DNA of 64,000 nucleotides from an uncultured Lachnospiraceae bacterium (GTDB lineage Bacteria; Bacillota; Clostridia; Lachnospirales; Lachnospiraceae): NCBI GenBank assembly GCA_902766825.1, contig CACXFB010000038.1, positions 2,903 to 66,902 of the forward strand, read 5' to 3'. Shown piece by piece: positions 55,897 to 64,000 of this stretch (position 1 is its first letter; each line of letters starts with the position of its first letter). The notes under the pieces were generated by a model. It saw only the letters and a program-made list of their open reading frames with translations, ran no database searches and was not told where the DNA came from. The position numbers and the translations under genes were made by a program.

Positions 55897-57159
55897 TTAT
55901 TCAACTAATACCGGATTTTCTTCTACCTTCCAAGGAAGTCCGTATTTGCCAAGAGCCTCCATATATGGATCCGGATCAAATTCATCCGTTGTAAATACAC
56001 CCGGCTTCTTCCATGCACCGTTTGCAACAAGCATTGTTCCTATCATTGCAGGCACACCTGTTGTGTATGAGATAGCCTGTGAACCAACTTCCTTGTAGCA
56101 TTCCTGATGGTCACATACATTGTATATATAAAGTGTCTTTTCTTTTCCGTCCTTTTTTCCGGTAAAGATACAGCCGATGTTAGTCTTTCCGACTGTTCTT
56201 GGTCCGAGTGATGCAGGGTCCGGAAGAAGTTCCTTCAAAAACTGGATAGGCACGATATCAACTCCGTTAAATTTAACCGGCTCAGTTGAGAGCATTCCGA
56301 CATCCTCAAGACATCTCATGTGATCAAGATAGCTTTGTCCGAATGTCATGAAGAAACGAATTCTCTTAACTTCAGGGAAATTTCTTCCGAGTGCCTCAAT
56401 TTCTTCATGGTGAAGAAGATACATATCCTTCTTTCCGACACCTTCAAAATCATATTCACGGTGAATGCTCATTGCAGGAATCTCAATCCATTTTCCGTTC
56501 TCCATGTATGAACCAGGCGCTGAAACTTCACGAAGATTAATCTCAGGATTAAAGTTAGTGGCAAATGCGTATCCATGGTCTCCACCGTTGCAGTCAAGAA
56601 TATCGATTGTGTCGATGGTATCAAAATAATGCTTCTTTGCATATGCAACGAATACCGAAGTTACGCCGGGATCAAATCCTGTTCCAAGTAATGCCGTAAG
56701 ACCTGCCTTCTCAAATCTGTCCTGGTATGCCCACTGCCATGAGTAGTCAAAATATGCTGAGAATCCAAGTTCCTTGCATCTTTTTTCATATATCTTTCTC
56801 CACTCAGGATCATCTGTATTTTCAGGCTCATAATTAGCTGTATCAACATAATCAACACCTGCATTAAGACATGCATCCATTATTGTTAAATCCTGATAAG
56901 GAAGTGCTACATTTAACACTACATCAGGCGCATATGATTTGATTAACTGTGTGAGTTCATCCACATCATCAGCATTAACTGTTGCTGTTGTAATCTTTGT
57001 CTTTGAACCTGTCTTTTCAATCTTCTCTTTTAATGCGTCGCACTTTGAAACCGTACGACTTGCAATCATCATCTCTGAAAAAACTTCATCTACCATTGCT
57101 ATTTTCTGAATTGCTACGCTCGCAACACCACCGCAGCCTATAACCATTACTTTTTTCAT
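55897..57159 (-). CDS. Carboxynorspermidine synthase (saccharopine-dehydrogenase family)
   Basis: 420 aa. Rossmann N-terminus VMVIGCGGVASV. Adjacent to nspC. Confidence 0.85.
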   Translation of the reverse strand: MKKVMVIGCGGVASVAIQKIAMVDEVFSEMMIASRTVSKCDALKEKIEKTGSKTKITTATVNADDVDELTQLIKSYAPDVVLNVALPYQDLTIMDACLNAGVDYVDTANYEPENTDDPEWRKIYEKRCKELGFSAYFDYSWQWAYQDRFEKAGLTALLGTGFDPGVTSVFVAYAKKHYFDTIDTIDILDCNGGDHGYAFATNFNPEINLREVSAPGSYMENGKWIEIPAMSIHREYDFEGVGKKDMYLLHHEEIEALGRNFPEVKRIRFFMTFGQSYLDHMRCLEDVGMLSTEPVKFNGVDIVPIQFLKELLPDPASLGPRTVGKTNIGCIFTGKKDGKEKTLYIYNVCDHQECYKEVGSQAISYTTGVPAMIGTMLVANGAWKKPGVFTTDEFDPDPYMEALGKYGLPWKVEENPVLVE

Positions 57160-58031
57160 GCTCTGCTTTCTTCCTCCGATAAAATGTCTTCTACATACTT
57201 AGGCAGCATAAATGCTCCTCTGTGCAAATTAGTTGTATAGTACCATGTTTCAATACCTCTGGCGTTCCATCTGTCAGGGTCAAAATCCTTGATTGGATGA
57301 TATTTCTTTGATGCAAATCCAAACATCCAGTAACCTGCCGGACATGTAGGAATGCTTGCCTGATATACCCTGTTAATCGGGAAGCTGTGATACGCTTTCC
57401 TGTGCATTGCCCGAAACGCTGCTTCATCCTCGTCGTAGAACGGACTTCCGTGCTGGTAAACCATCACGCCGTCTTCGCGAAGTGCCCTGTAGCTGTTACC
57501 GTAAAATTCTTTTGTAAATAATCCCTCGGTATGTCCGAAAGGATCTGTTGAATCATTAATTATCAGATCGTATTTGTCGTTGCATCTTCTAAGATATCTG
57601 AGGCCATCCATATTGATAATGTTAACTCTGTCATCATCAAATCCTTTTGCCGTCTCCGGGAAAAACTTTCTTGAAACCTCAATAAAAAGTTCATCCGGTT
57701 CCACCACGTCGATTGATTCAATCTCAGGATACTGGGTAAGTGTCTTTGCAACACCGCCGTCACCACCACCGATGATAAGAACATTTCTTACATTCTTGTG
57801 AACCGCAACCGGTACGTGAACTACCATCTCATTATATATAAATTCATCTGCCTCGGAAAAAATGATGTCGCCATCAAGCACAATCATTTTCCCGAATTCC
57901 CTGGACTTAAAAACATCAATCCGCTGATAGTCACTTTGCTTAGAGAACAGCTGCTCGTCGATTCGAATTGACGTCTTAACGTGATCTGTGTCCATCTGTG
58001 AATACCAGATGTCCATTACTTCTCTTTCCAC
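57156..58031 (-). CDS. speE: Spermidine synthase / polyamine aminopropyltransferase
   Basis: VLIIGGGDGGV, DSTDP and typical SpeE length. Confidence 0.85.
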   Translation of the reverse strand: MEREVMDIWYSQMDTDHVKTSIRIDEQLFSKQSDYQRIDVFKSREFGKMIVLDGDIIFSEADEFIYNEMVVHVPVAVHKNVRNVLIIGGGDGGVAKTLTQYPEIESIDVVEPDELFIEVSRKFFPETAKGFDDDRVNIINMDGLRYLRRCNDKYDLIINDSTDPFGHTEGLFTKEFYGNSYRALREDGVMVYQHGSPFYDEDEAAFRAMHRKAYHSFPINRVYQASIPTCPAGYWMFGFASKKYHPIKDFDPDRWNARGIETWYYTTNLHRGAFMLPKYVEDILSEEESRA

Positions 58032-58044
58032 TTGGCTATCCTCC

Positions 58045-59493
58045 TTATACTATAACGTTGATTTCTTTACAGTCAGGGTCCATTGTTCCCTGCAATACAC
58101 AACCTTTTTCTCTTGAATACTCGATATAATCAAGTATTTCATCCGTGATTTTCTCGCCCGGTGTAAGTATCGGAATTCCCGGCGGATAACACATCACTAT
58201 CTCACCCGAAATTCTTCCACAAGCCTTACTAAGCGGCACGCTTACCTTCTTAGAATAAAATGCTTCCTTTGGATTGACCGCAAGTTCCGGCGTTATAAAA
58301 TCACCGCAGTAAAGTTCTATTTTCTCATTTGCATGAAGTCTTTTAATGTCCTCAAGGGCACCAACAAGTCTTTCGATATCTCTTATTCTGTCACCGATTG
58401 AAATGTACGCGAGTATGTTACCAATATCACCAAACTCTATCTGAATATCATACTCATCTCTTAAAAGATTATACACTTCAATTCCCGTAAGTCCGATATC
58501 CCTTGTATAAATCGAAAGTTTTGTCACATCAAAATCAAATACGCTGTCACCATCAACAAGTTCTCTGCCGTAAGCATAGTAACCGCCGATTTCATTTATC
58601 TCTTCTCTGGCATACTCCGCCATATTCGAAACTTTCTGGAATGATTCTTTTCCGTGAAGTGCAAGGTTACGTCTTGAAATGTCAAGACTCACCATAAGAA
58701 GATATGACGCACTTGTCGTCTGTGTCAGATTAATAATCTGTCTTATATATTCAGGTTCAATTGTTCCACCGCTTAAAAGCACCGAACTTTGTGTAAGACT
58801 TCCTCCCGATTTGTGCATAGAGACTGCCGCCAGATCTGCTCCTGCTGCCATTCCCGAAACAGGAAGATTGTCTCCAAAATACAAATGTGTTCCGTGTGCC
58901 TCATCAACTAATACTTTCATTCCACGCTCATGTCCGAGCTTTACAATCTCCCTGACATCTGACGCAATTCCATAGTACGTCGGATTATTGACAAAGATTG
59001 CTTTGGCATTAGGATGCTCATCCATAACCCGCTTAATCTCGCTTATCTTCATTCCTGTTGCGATACCGATTCTTGAATTCACATCAACCGGCACATAAAC
59101 AGGAACTCCGCCGCAAAGCACGAGCGCATTGATAACACTCTTATGTACATTTCTAGGAAGAAGAATCTCATCACCTTCCTTAATTACCGACAACACCATC
59201 GCCTGAACAGCCGATGTAGTCCCGTTCACCATCAAAAATGCATTTTTCGCACCAAATGCATCTGCCATAAGAAGCTCTGCATCTTTGATTACCGAAATCG
59301 GATGTCCAAGATTATCAAGCATCTTCATTGAATTAACATCTATACCAACACATTTCTCACCGAGAAATTCAAGCAATTCCGGGTTACCCCTTCCACGTTT
59401 GTGCCCGGGAACGTCAAAAGGAACAACTCTTCTCTTTCTAAGTTCCGTCATAGCCTCAAATATAGGGGCATTAAGCTGTGATATCAAATCCAT
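58045..59493 (-). CDS. speA: Arginine decarboxylase (Orn/Lys/Arg decarboxylase major-domain type)
   Basis: 482 aa. PLP-lysine motif SMHKSGGSLTQSS. First gene of the polyamine operon, as for Bacillus-type SpeA. Confidence 0.8.
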   Translation of the reverse strand: MDLISQLNAPIFEAMTELRKRRVVPFDVPGHKRGRGNPELLEFLGEKCVGIDVNSMKMLDNLGHPISVIKDAELLMADAFGAKNAFLMVNGTTSAVQAMVLSVIKEGDEILLPRNVHKSVINALVLCGGVPVYVPVDVNSRIGIATGMKISEIKRVMDEHPNAKAIFVNNPTYYGIASDVREIVKLGHERGMKVLVDEAHGTHLYFGDNLPVSGMAAGADLAAVSMHKSGGSLTQSSVLLSGGTIEPEYIRQIINLTQTTSASYLLMVSLDISRRNLALHGKESFQKVSNMAEYAREEINEIGGYYAYGRELVDGDSVFDFDVTKLSIYTRDIGLTGIEVYNLLRDEYDIQIEFGDIGNILAYISIGDRIRDIERLVGALEDIKRLHANEKIELYCGDFITPELAVNPKEAFYSKKVSVPLSKACGRISGEIVMCYPPGIPILTPGEKITDEILDYIEYSREKGCVLQGTMDPDCKEINVIV

Positions 59494-59562
59494 TTCTATT
59501 CGTATACCTCATTATGACTTTCCGTTTGTTATCTAAACTTAGAATCGACCTCATTGTCCTTA

Positions 59563-59981
59563 CTAATGAGGCCGATTTTCGCAAATAATATTATACGATG
59601 AATGAAGCATAATAGCAATGAGAGATAGATTATATTTATAATCTGCATCTCTTTGAACGCCTAACTCTTCATTACTCATATATATTTCTTCAAATTTTAT
59701 GGTTTGTTTTTGTGTTGTACCATCTTTAAATGTTACTGTACAAGTTATTGCAAGATCCTTTAACAATTCGTTATCTGCATCAATAATATCATCATATGAA
59801 TTGGTATCCTGTATTTTTCAGGCAATCCGGATACTACCTTTTGAATCGTAGCTTTCTCACTTTCATTTAATATGTAATCCTCAGGTCCGTTAATTTCTTT
59901 GTCACAAGATACTATTCTGCAAAATCTAAGGATGTCCTTCCCGTTATCACTGACAAATTGCTCAAATTCATTATCGTTCAA
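59563..59981 (-). pseudogene. Decayed ECF-sigma-like gene remnant plus frameshifted downstream fragment
   Basis: The 73-aa ORF keeps DILRFCR and LPEKYRIPIH (sigma-70 region 2/4-like) but lacks about 60 aa between them. The next ORF continues in another frame. Confidence 0.35.
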
Positions 59982-60095
59982 TACTGTTTATCCTTTTCCT
60001 TTCCACACTAAGTCGACTACGTGTTTGCCCTTACACTTATACTTTGTCGCGAATTTAAGCCAGGTTCATTTTATTTTAAATTTTTTCAAAAAATT

Positions 60096-60755
60096 TTATA
60101 AAGCATTTTCTGTAGCTTCATAATCAGCCAAAGTTATTTTTTCCCTGCGTGTCTTATCCAACTGAATCCACTCATCAAGTGTAAGCGGTACATAGTCCGA
60201 AAACATACAGAAACAATTAATCATCTGACACGGAATACTTACCATATCAGATGAACCTTTAACTGTCCTCTTAAACTTCTCAAGTTGTTTTATGTGCTCA
60301 TTTATCAAATACTCGTCAAAAGTATTATGCACATGCCCATAGAGCATATACGTCTTTGCCTCGCCCTCTTTATTAATCATATACTGACCGTTGTAACACA
60401 TAATCGGATAATGCGACAAAATGATTTTGCGTTTGTTATCCTTAAGCTCTTTGTAATTAGATATCCATACAAAACTGTCACGGTCAAAGTTCTTATTATC
60501 CAGATACTTGTCATGATTACCCACAACAAGATACTTCTTACCGTTAAGCCTGCTAAGCAGCGTGTTAACCTCATTCGCATTGTGAGACAAACAAAAATCT
60601 CCCAGTATGACCACTTCATCCACGGGGCGCACACGCCCGTTCCACTGCTTAATCATGTATTCATTCATAGCCTCTTCACTTTCAAAACCACGTCTGTCCA
60701 TCTGCTCATTCAGATTGCCGTGACAAAAGTGCAGGTCCGCAATATAATACCGCAT
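60096..60755 (-). CDS. Metallophosphoesterase
   Basis: YYIADLHFCH, ILGDF, GNHD, GHVH motifs. Confidence 0.8.
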   Translation of the reverse strand: MRYYIADLHFCHGNLNEQMDRRGFESEEAMNEYMIKQWNGRVRPVDEVVILGDFCLSHNANEVNTLLSRLNGKKYLVVGNHDKYLDNKNFDRDSFVWISNYKELKDNKRKIILSHYPIMCYNGQYMINKEGEAKTYMLYGHVHNTFDEYLINEHIKQLEKFKRTVKGSSDMVSIPCQMINCFCMFSDYVPLTLDEWIQLDKTRREKITLADYEATENAL

Positions 60756-60782
60756 AGTCTCCTCTTTTCTATAGTAATATTT

Positions 60783-61544
60783 TTACTCAGCAATATATCT
60801 TGCCAGTTCGAGGGCGATTTCAAAATGACCGGAATCATGTTGTGTATGCTTAATCTGATTTTTCTGTCTTCTTTCCTCCCACTTTGGAGCATCAAGTAAG
60901 TCTCCGCTTGTGAAGAAAAAGTACGCATTTAATCCTCTGAAATCACACATGGCCTGAACTGCCGAGCACTCCATTTCAACAGAAATACAGCCTTCATTCT
61001 TACGCTTTTCAAAATTTGCTTTTGTTTCTCTATGCACAGCATCTGTTGTCCACGTCTTCCCCTGCACATATGGCAAACCTGCTGTTTCCATGAACTTTGC
61101 AACTACATCACTGTTTTTAATTGTGATATAATCCGAAGCCGGCGCATAGTGATATGATGTTCCCTCATCGCGATATGCGTGAGTCGGAATCATAACCTTT
61201 CCTCTTGCAATTTCCTTGTTAAGACATCCTGAACCGCCAAACACAACATACTTGTCAGTATCAATAATCTGCAATGTATCTTCCATATCCGCAACACATC
61301 CCGAAGCACCTACAAACGACATATACACTGCAAAATATCTGTCCTCGTATTCAAAACCATAAACAGGATTTGCACCATTTGACGAAAACAAATCACCTAA
61401 CTTCTCGCATTTGAAATTATCTAGCACAAACTTCAAAATAACATGTGAAAAAGTTAAAATACATGCATCAACCTTTTTCGCCTCAGAATTTTTAACCACC
61501 TTAATTATCTCTTCCGTTAAGTTATCAAATGAATCTGTTATCAT
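60783..61544 (-). CDS. Nucleoside phosphorylase (PNP_UDP_1 family)
   Basis: GGSGCL, VEMECSAV motifs. Start set at ATG 61544 after GGAGA. Confidence 0.75.
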   Translation of the reverse strand: MITDSFDNLTEEIIKVVKNSEAKKVDACILTFSHVILKFVLDNFKCEKLGDLFSSNGANPVYGFEYEDRYFAVYMSFVGASGCVADMEDTLQIIDTDKYVVFGGSGCLNKEIARGKVMIPTHAYRDEGTSYHYAPASDYITIKNSDVVAKFMETAGLPYVQGKTWTTDAVHRETKANFEKRKNEGCISVEMECSAVQAMCDFRGLNAYFFFTSGDLLDAPKWEERRQKNQIKHTQHDSGHFEIALELARYIAE

Positions 61545-61590
61545 ATTAGTCTCCTTATTGTTTTTATATAAATATTTAAACTGCATTCTC

Positions 61591-62607
61591 CTATTCAAAC
61601 AGCTCATTTACATATCTTACTGCCTGTTCAAATCTTGAATTATAATCCCCTGTTATTATCTTATAGTTGTAATTATGCCTGTCGTAAAGTTTCTTAATCA
61701 TATCACTGTAGTGCTTTCTGTCAGCTGCGATCACTTCACTTCTGTCGCCATCCTGAATCCATTCAACATCCGGTTCCAGAAATAAAATCAAATCATACGA
61801 ATTAAGTGACGCTATTGCCTCTGCAAGTGCCTTATTTTTCTCTATGTTTTCATCTTCCAAAAATCCCATAAAGAATCTGGTAATCAGGCAATCCGTATCC
61901 TCGAAAAATACTTTCCCTGCCTTGTCTATCAGCCGGAATTCTTTTGCCTTATGTTCCAACAGAATTCTCGTGAAATCTTCCGAAAGCATGTAAACATCAG
62001 TGCCAGACAATTCCGACAAGTCTCTTCCTACTTCCTCAAGGTAAACTGTATTGTAGTAATTAGCCAGATTAATTGTAAGTGTGGACTTGCCAACACTCTC
62101 ACCGCCAATTAACAGCACTTTCTTTGAAAAATAGCTTCTTACAATCTGCGGCATATCATCCCAATGTCCGTATAAATCATTTCTTATATTTGTGGACTTG
62201 TATTTGTTCCTTGGAAATACCACAAAATCAGATTCTTCGTAGCATTTGTTCCAAAAGCTGTTTTCATCATAATCATCCCCGCAAAATACAACATCAATTT
62301 TCCTGCCGATTGTATTCTTTACAACGTCGCAGTCCGCTTTCCAATATTTCTCGGTGTATTCTTCTTTTGTTTTGCAATCATCTTTTAATGAAATGATATG
62401 AATATTGTTAAGATGCTTTGTCAACTGGTAAACCCATCTGATCTTTACCTTCAGAGGAACATCCGATTCATCATCTCTGTACGAAATGACTATGTACAAT
62501 TCATCGCATAATCCTGCTGCCTTTATCATGCATTCCAAATGTCCAAGATGAAGCGGATTGAAAGATCCTCCATACATTCCTACCTTATACTTTTTGCCGT
62601 GTGCCAT
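61591..62607 (-). CDS. nadR: NadR-like bifunctional NMN adenylyltransferase / ribosylnicotinamide kinase
   Basis: GGSFNPLHLGHL nucleotidyltransferase motif plus a P-loop GGESVGKST. Next to pnuC. Confidence 0.8.
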   Translation of the reverse strand: MAHGKKYKVGMYGGSFNPLHLGHLECMIKAAGLCDELYIVISYRDDESDVPLKVKIRWVYQLTKHLNNIHIISLKDDCKTKEEYTEKYWKADCDVVKNTIGRKIDVVFCGDDYDENSFWNKCYEESDFVVFPRNKYKSTNIRNDLYGHWDDMPQIVRSYFSKKVLLIGGESVGKSTLTINLANYYNTVYLEEVGRDLSELSGTDVYMLSEDFTRILLEHKAKEFRLIDKAGKVFFEDTDCLITRFFMGFLEDENIEKNKALAEAIASLNSYDLILFLEPDVEWIQDGDRSEVIAADRKHYSDMIKKLYDRHNYNYKIITGDYNSRFEQAVRYVNELFE

Positions 62608-62618
62608 GCCTTTCTCCT

Positions 62619-63341
62619 TTAGCCTTTTTTGATATTCTGAGTCTTTGTATCTTTATACCACAAAACAAACATGATGATTGCATTTACAAGGAAAACCGAC
62701 CACATAAGAAGAACCGCCACGCTTGCACCATCTGTAAACAGTGCGTATACCCACATTATCACAGACACAACATCCACAACAATCCAGATAATCCACTGTT
62801 CCATGAATCTTTTTATCATAAGTATCTGAGCTATTACAGAAAATACTGTACTCATACTGTCAACTAACGGAAGATTACCTCCAAGCATTTTAAGAATATA
62901 TGCATATCCAATCACACTCACGACACTGACCACAGCCAGAATACCATCCTGTTTTATAGTCATCCTTTTCTTATAAACTGCCTGAGTCTCTTTATCAATA
63001 TTCTTTTTCCACAAAATCCATCCAATAATATTTGTAGGGAAATAATATAACAGATTCAGCATTACGTCACCGTAATATTTTGCTTTCCATGCCATTATCG
63101 CATACAGGATTACATTAATTGTTCCAAAAAAATAATTAGATACTTTGCCCATGCCGCATAAAATAACGCATATAACGCCTGTAATTGATGCTCCGATTCC
63201 GATAGCCGGATCTTTCTGATATATGGATATTCCCAAAATCATCACTGTTGCAAACGCCATCCAGGCAACTTGCCAGTTCTTCCATCCTTTAGATTCTCTC
63301 TCTATTATCTCTTTTATCTTACCCATCTGTTTTTCCTTCAA
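62619..63341 (-). CDS. pnuC: Nicotinamide riboside transporter PnuC
   Basis: 240 aa, 7-8 TM, W-rich PnuC-like helices (WKNWQVAWMAF...). Adjacent to nadR. Confidence 0.8.
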   Translation of the reverse strand: MKEKQMGKIKEIIERESKGWKNWQVAWMAFATVMILGISIYQKDPAIGIGASITGVICVILCGMGKVSNYFFGTINVILYAIMAWKAKYYGDVMLNLLYYFPTNIIGWILWKKNIDKETQAVYKKRMTIKQDGILAVVSVVSVIGYAYILKMLGGNLPLVDSMSTVFSVIAQILMIKRFMEQWIIWIVVDVVSVIMWVYALFTDGASVAVLLMWSVFLVNAIIMFVLWYKDTKTQNIKKG

Positions 63342-63345
63342 TATA

Positions 63346-64000
63346 CTATTTTCTCATCTTTTTCTTAATATCCGCCAGTCTGTCAAGTGCCTCTAAAAGC
63401 GTGGCATCCTGCTTTGCAAAATGGAATCTTATTAAATGATTCACATCCTCTCTGAAAAAGCTTGAACCCGGCACAGCAGCAACACCCACTTTTTGTATCA
63501 TCTGCTCGCAAAAGACATTGTCATCCTCATAGCCAAACTCGCTGATGTCAAGCAGTACATAGTAAGCACCCTGAGGCTCTGTAAAAGTAAGTCCAATATT
63601 CTTAAGCCCTCCAATAAACAGATTCCTCATATGGGTATAATGTTTCTGAAGACTTTCGTAATAGTCATCCTTAAATTCCAAGCCAACTACCGCAGCTTCC
63701 ATAAGCGGAGCCGCCGCCCCTACAGTCAGGAAATCATGCACCTTTTTTACGCGCTCGGCAATCTTAGGAGGGGCTATAACATAACCAAGACGCCATCCTG
63801 TAACAGAATACGTTTTTGAAAGAGAATTACACACAATTGTTCTCTCCTTCATGCCCGGCAGGGACGCCATATATACGTGCTCATGAGGTTTGTAGAGAAT
63901 GTGCTCATACACCTCATCCGTGATTACGTAAATATCATATTTTTTAGCCAGATCCGCAATCATCAATAACTCTTTCCTTGTAAACACCTTGCCACAGGGA
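63346..64000 (-). CDS. Class I/II PLP aminotransferase, N-terminally truncated by the window edge
   Basis: LSKTYSVTGWRLGY PLP-lysine motif. The frame remains open to position 64000. Confidence 0.85.
   Translation of the reverse strand, partial: PCGKVFTRKELLMIADLAKKYDIYVITDEVYEHILYKPHEHVYMASLPGMKERTIVCNSLSKTYSVTGWRLGYVIAPPKIAERVKKVHDFLTVGAAAPLMEAAVVGLEFKDDYYESLQKHYTHMRNLFIGGLKNIGLTFTEPQGAYYVLLDISEFGYEDDNVFCEQMIQKVGVAAVPGSSFFREDVNHLIRFHFAKQDATLLEALDRLADIKKKMRK

Noticed and set aside
60020-60050. A second GEMM-I-like start, AAGGGCAAACAC, on the minus strand.
   Set aside because: The obligatory GGGACGCAAAGC block and the paired helices are missing downstream.

Overview
64-kb chromosomal segment of a low-GC Firmicute. 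Protein families suggest a Clostridia/Lachnospiraceae-like anaerobe, but the taxon is inference only. I count about 60 protein-coding genes, and all but one (46853-48739) lie on the minus strand. I saw no rRNA, tRNA, CRISPR array, transposase or integrase. Recognisable blocks run left to right. feoA-feoA-feoB (feoB runs off the left edge). An XRE-ImmA/IrrE-PIN-like trio packed against an SbcD/SbcC (YhaO/YhaN)-like pair. Flavodoxin plus a DUF3793-like gene. A beta-helix lipoprotein reading frame broken by two in-frame stops. A polyferredoxin/FMN-binding membrane protein. A seven-gene, translationally coupled operon (17.1-26.7 kb): CarS-like, UbiA-like, PSD-like, two PpsA/RPH-type His-swivel phosphotransferases, a GNAT-like protein and an acyl-AMP ligase. 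I regard this operon as the best candidate for an undescribed (lipid) biosynthetic system. A GEMM-I (c-di-GMP-I) riboswitch-like element in front of three small secreted/membrane proteins. A MacAB/YknXYZ-like exporter operon led by a small secreted protein whose promoter spacer contains a G13 tract. metE with a LysR regulator. A NarL-type two-component system with two FtsX-type ABC systems. A BspA-like LRR lipoprotein. A polyamine operon (speA-speE-CANSDH-CANSDC-aguA-aguB). A PnuC/NadR nicotinamide-riboside salvage cluster. A REP/MITE-like inverted-repeat family built around GTGAAACGGGGGACGGTTC occupies at least five intergenic sites. Everything here comes from reading the sequence and ORF translations and from motif recall. 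No database search was run, so family names are motif-level calls.
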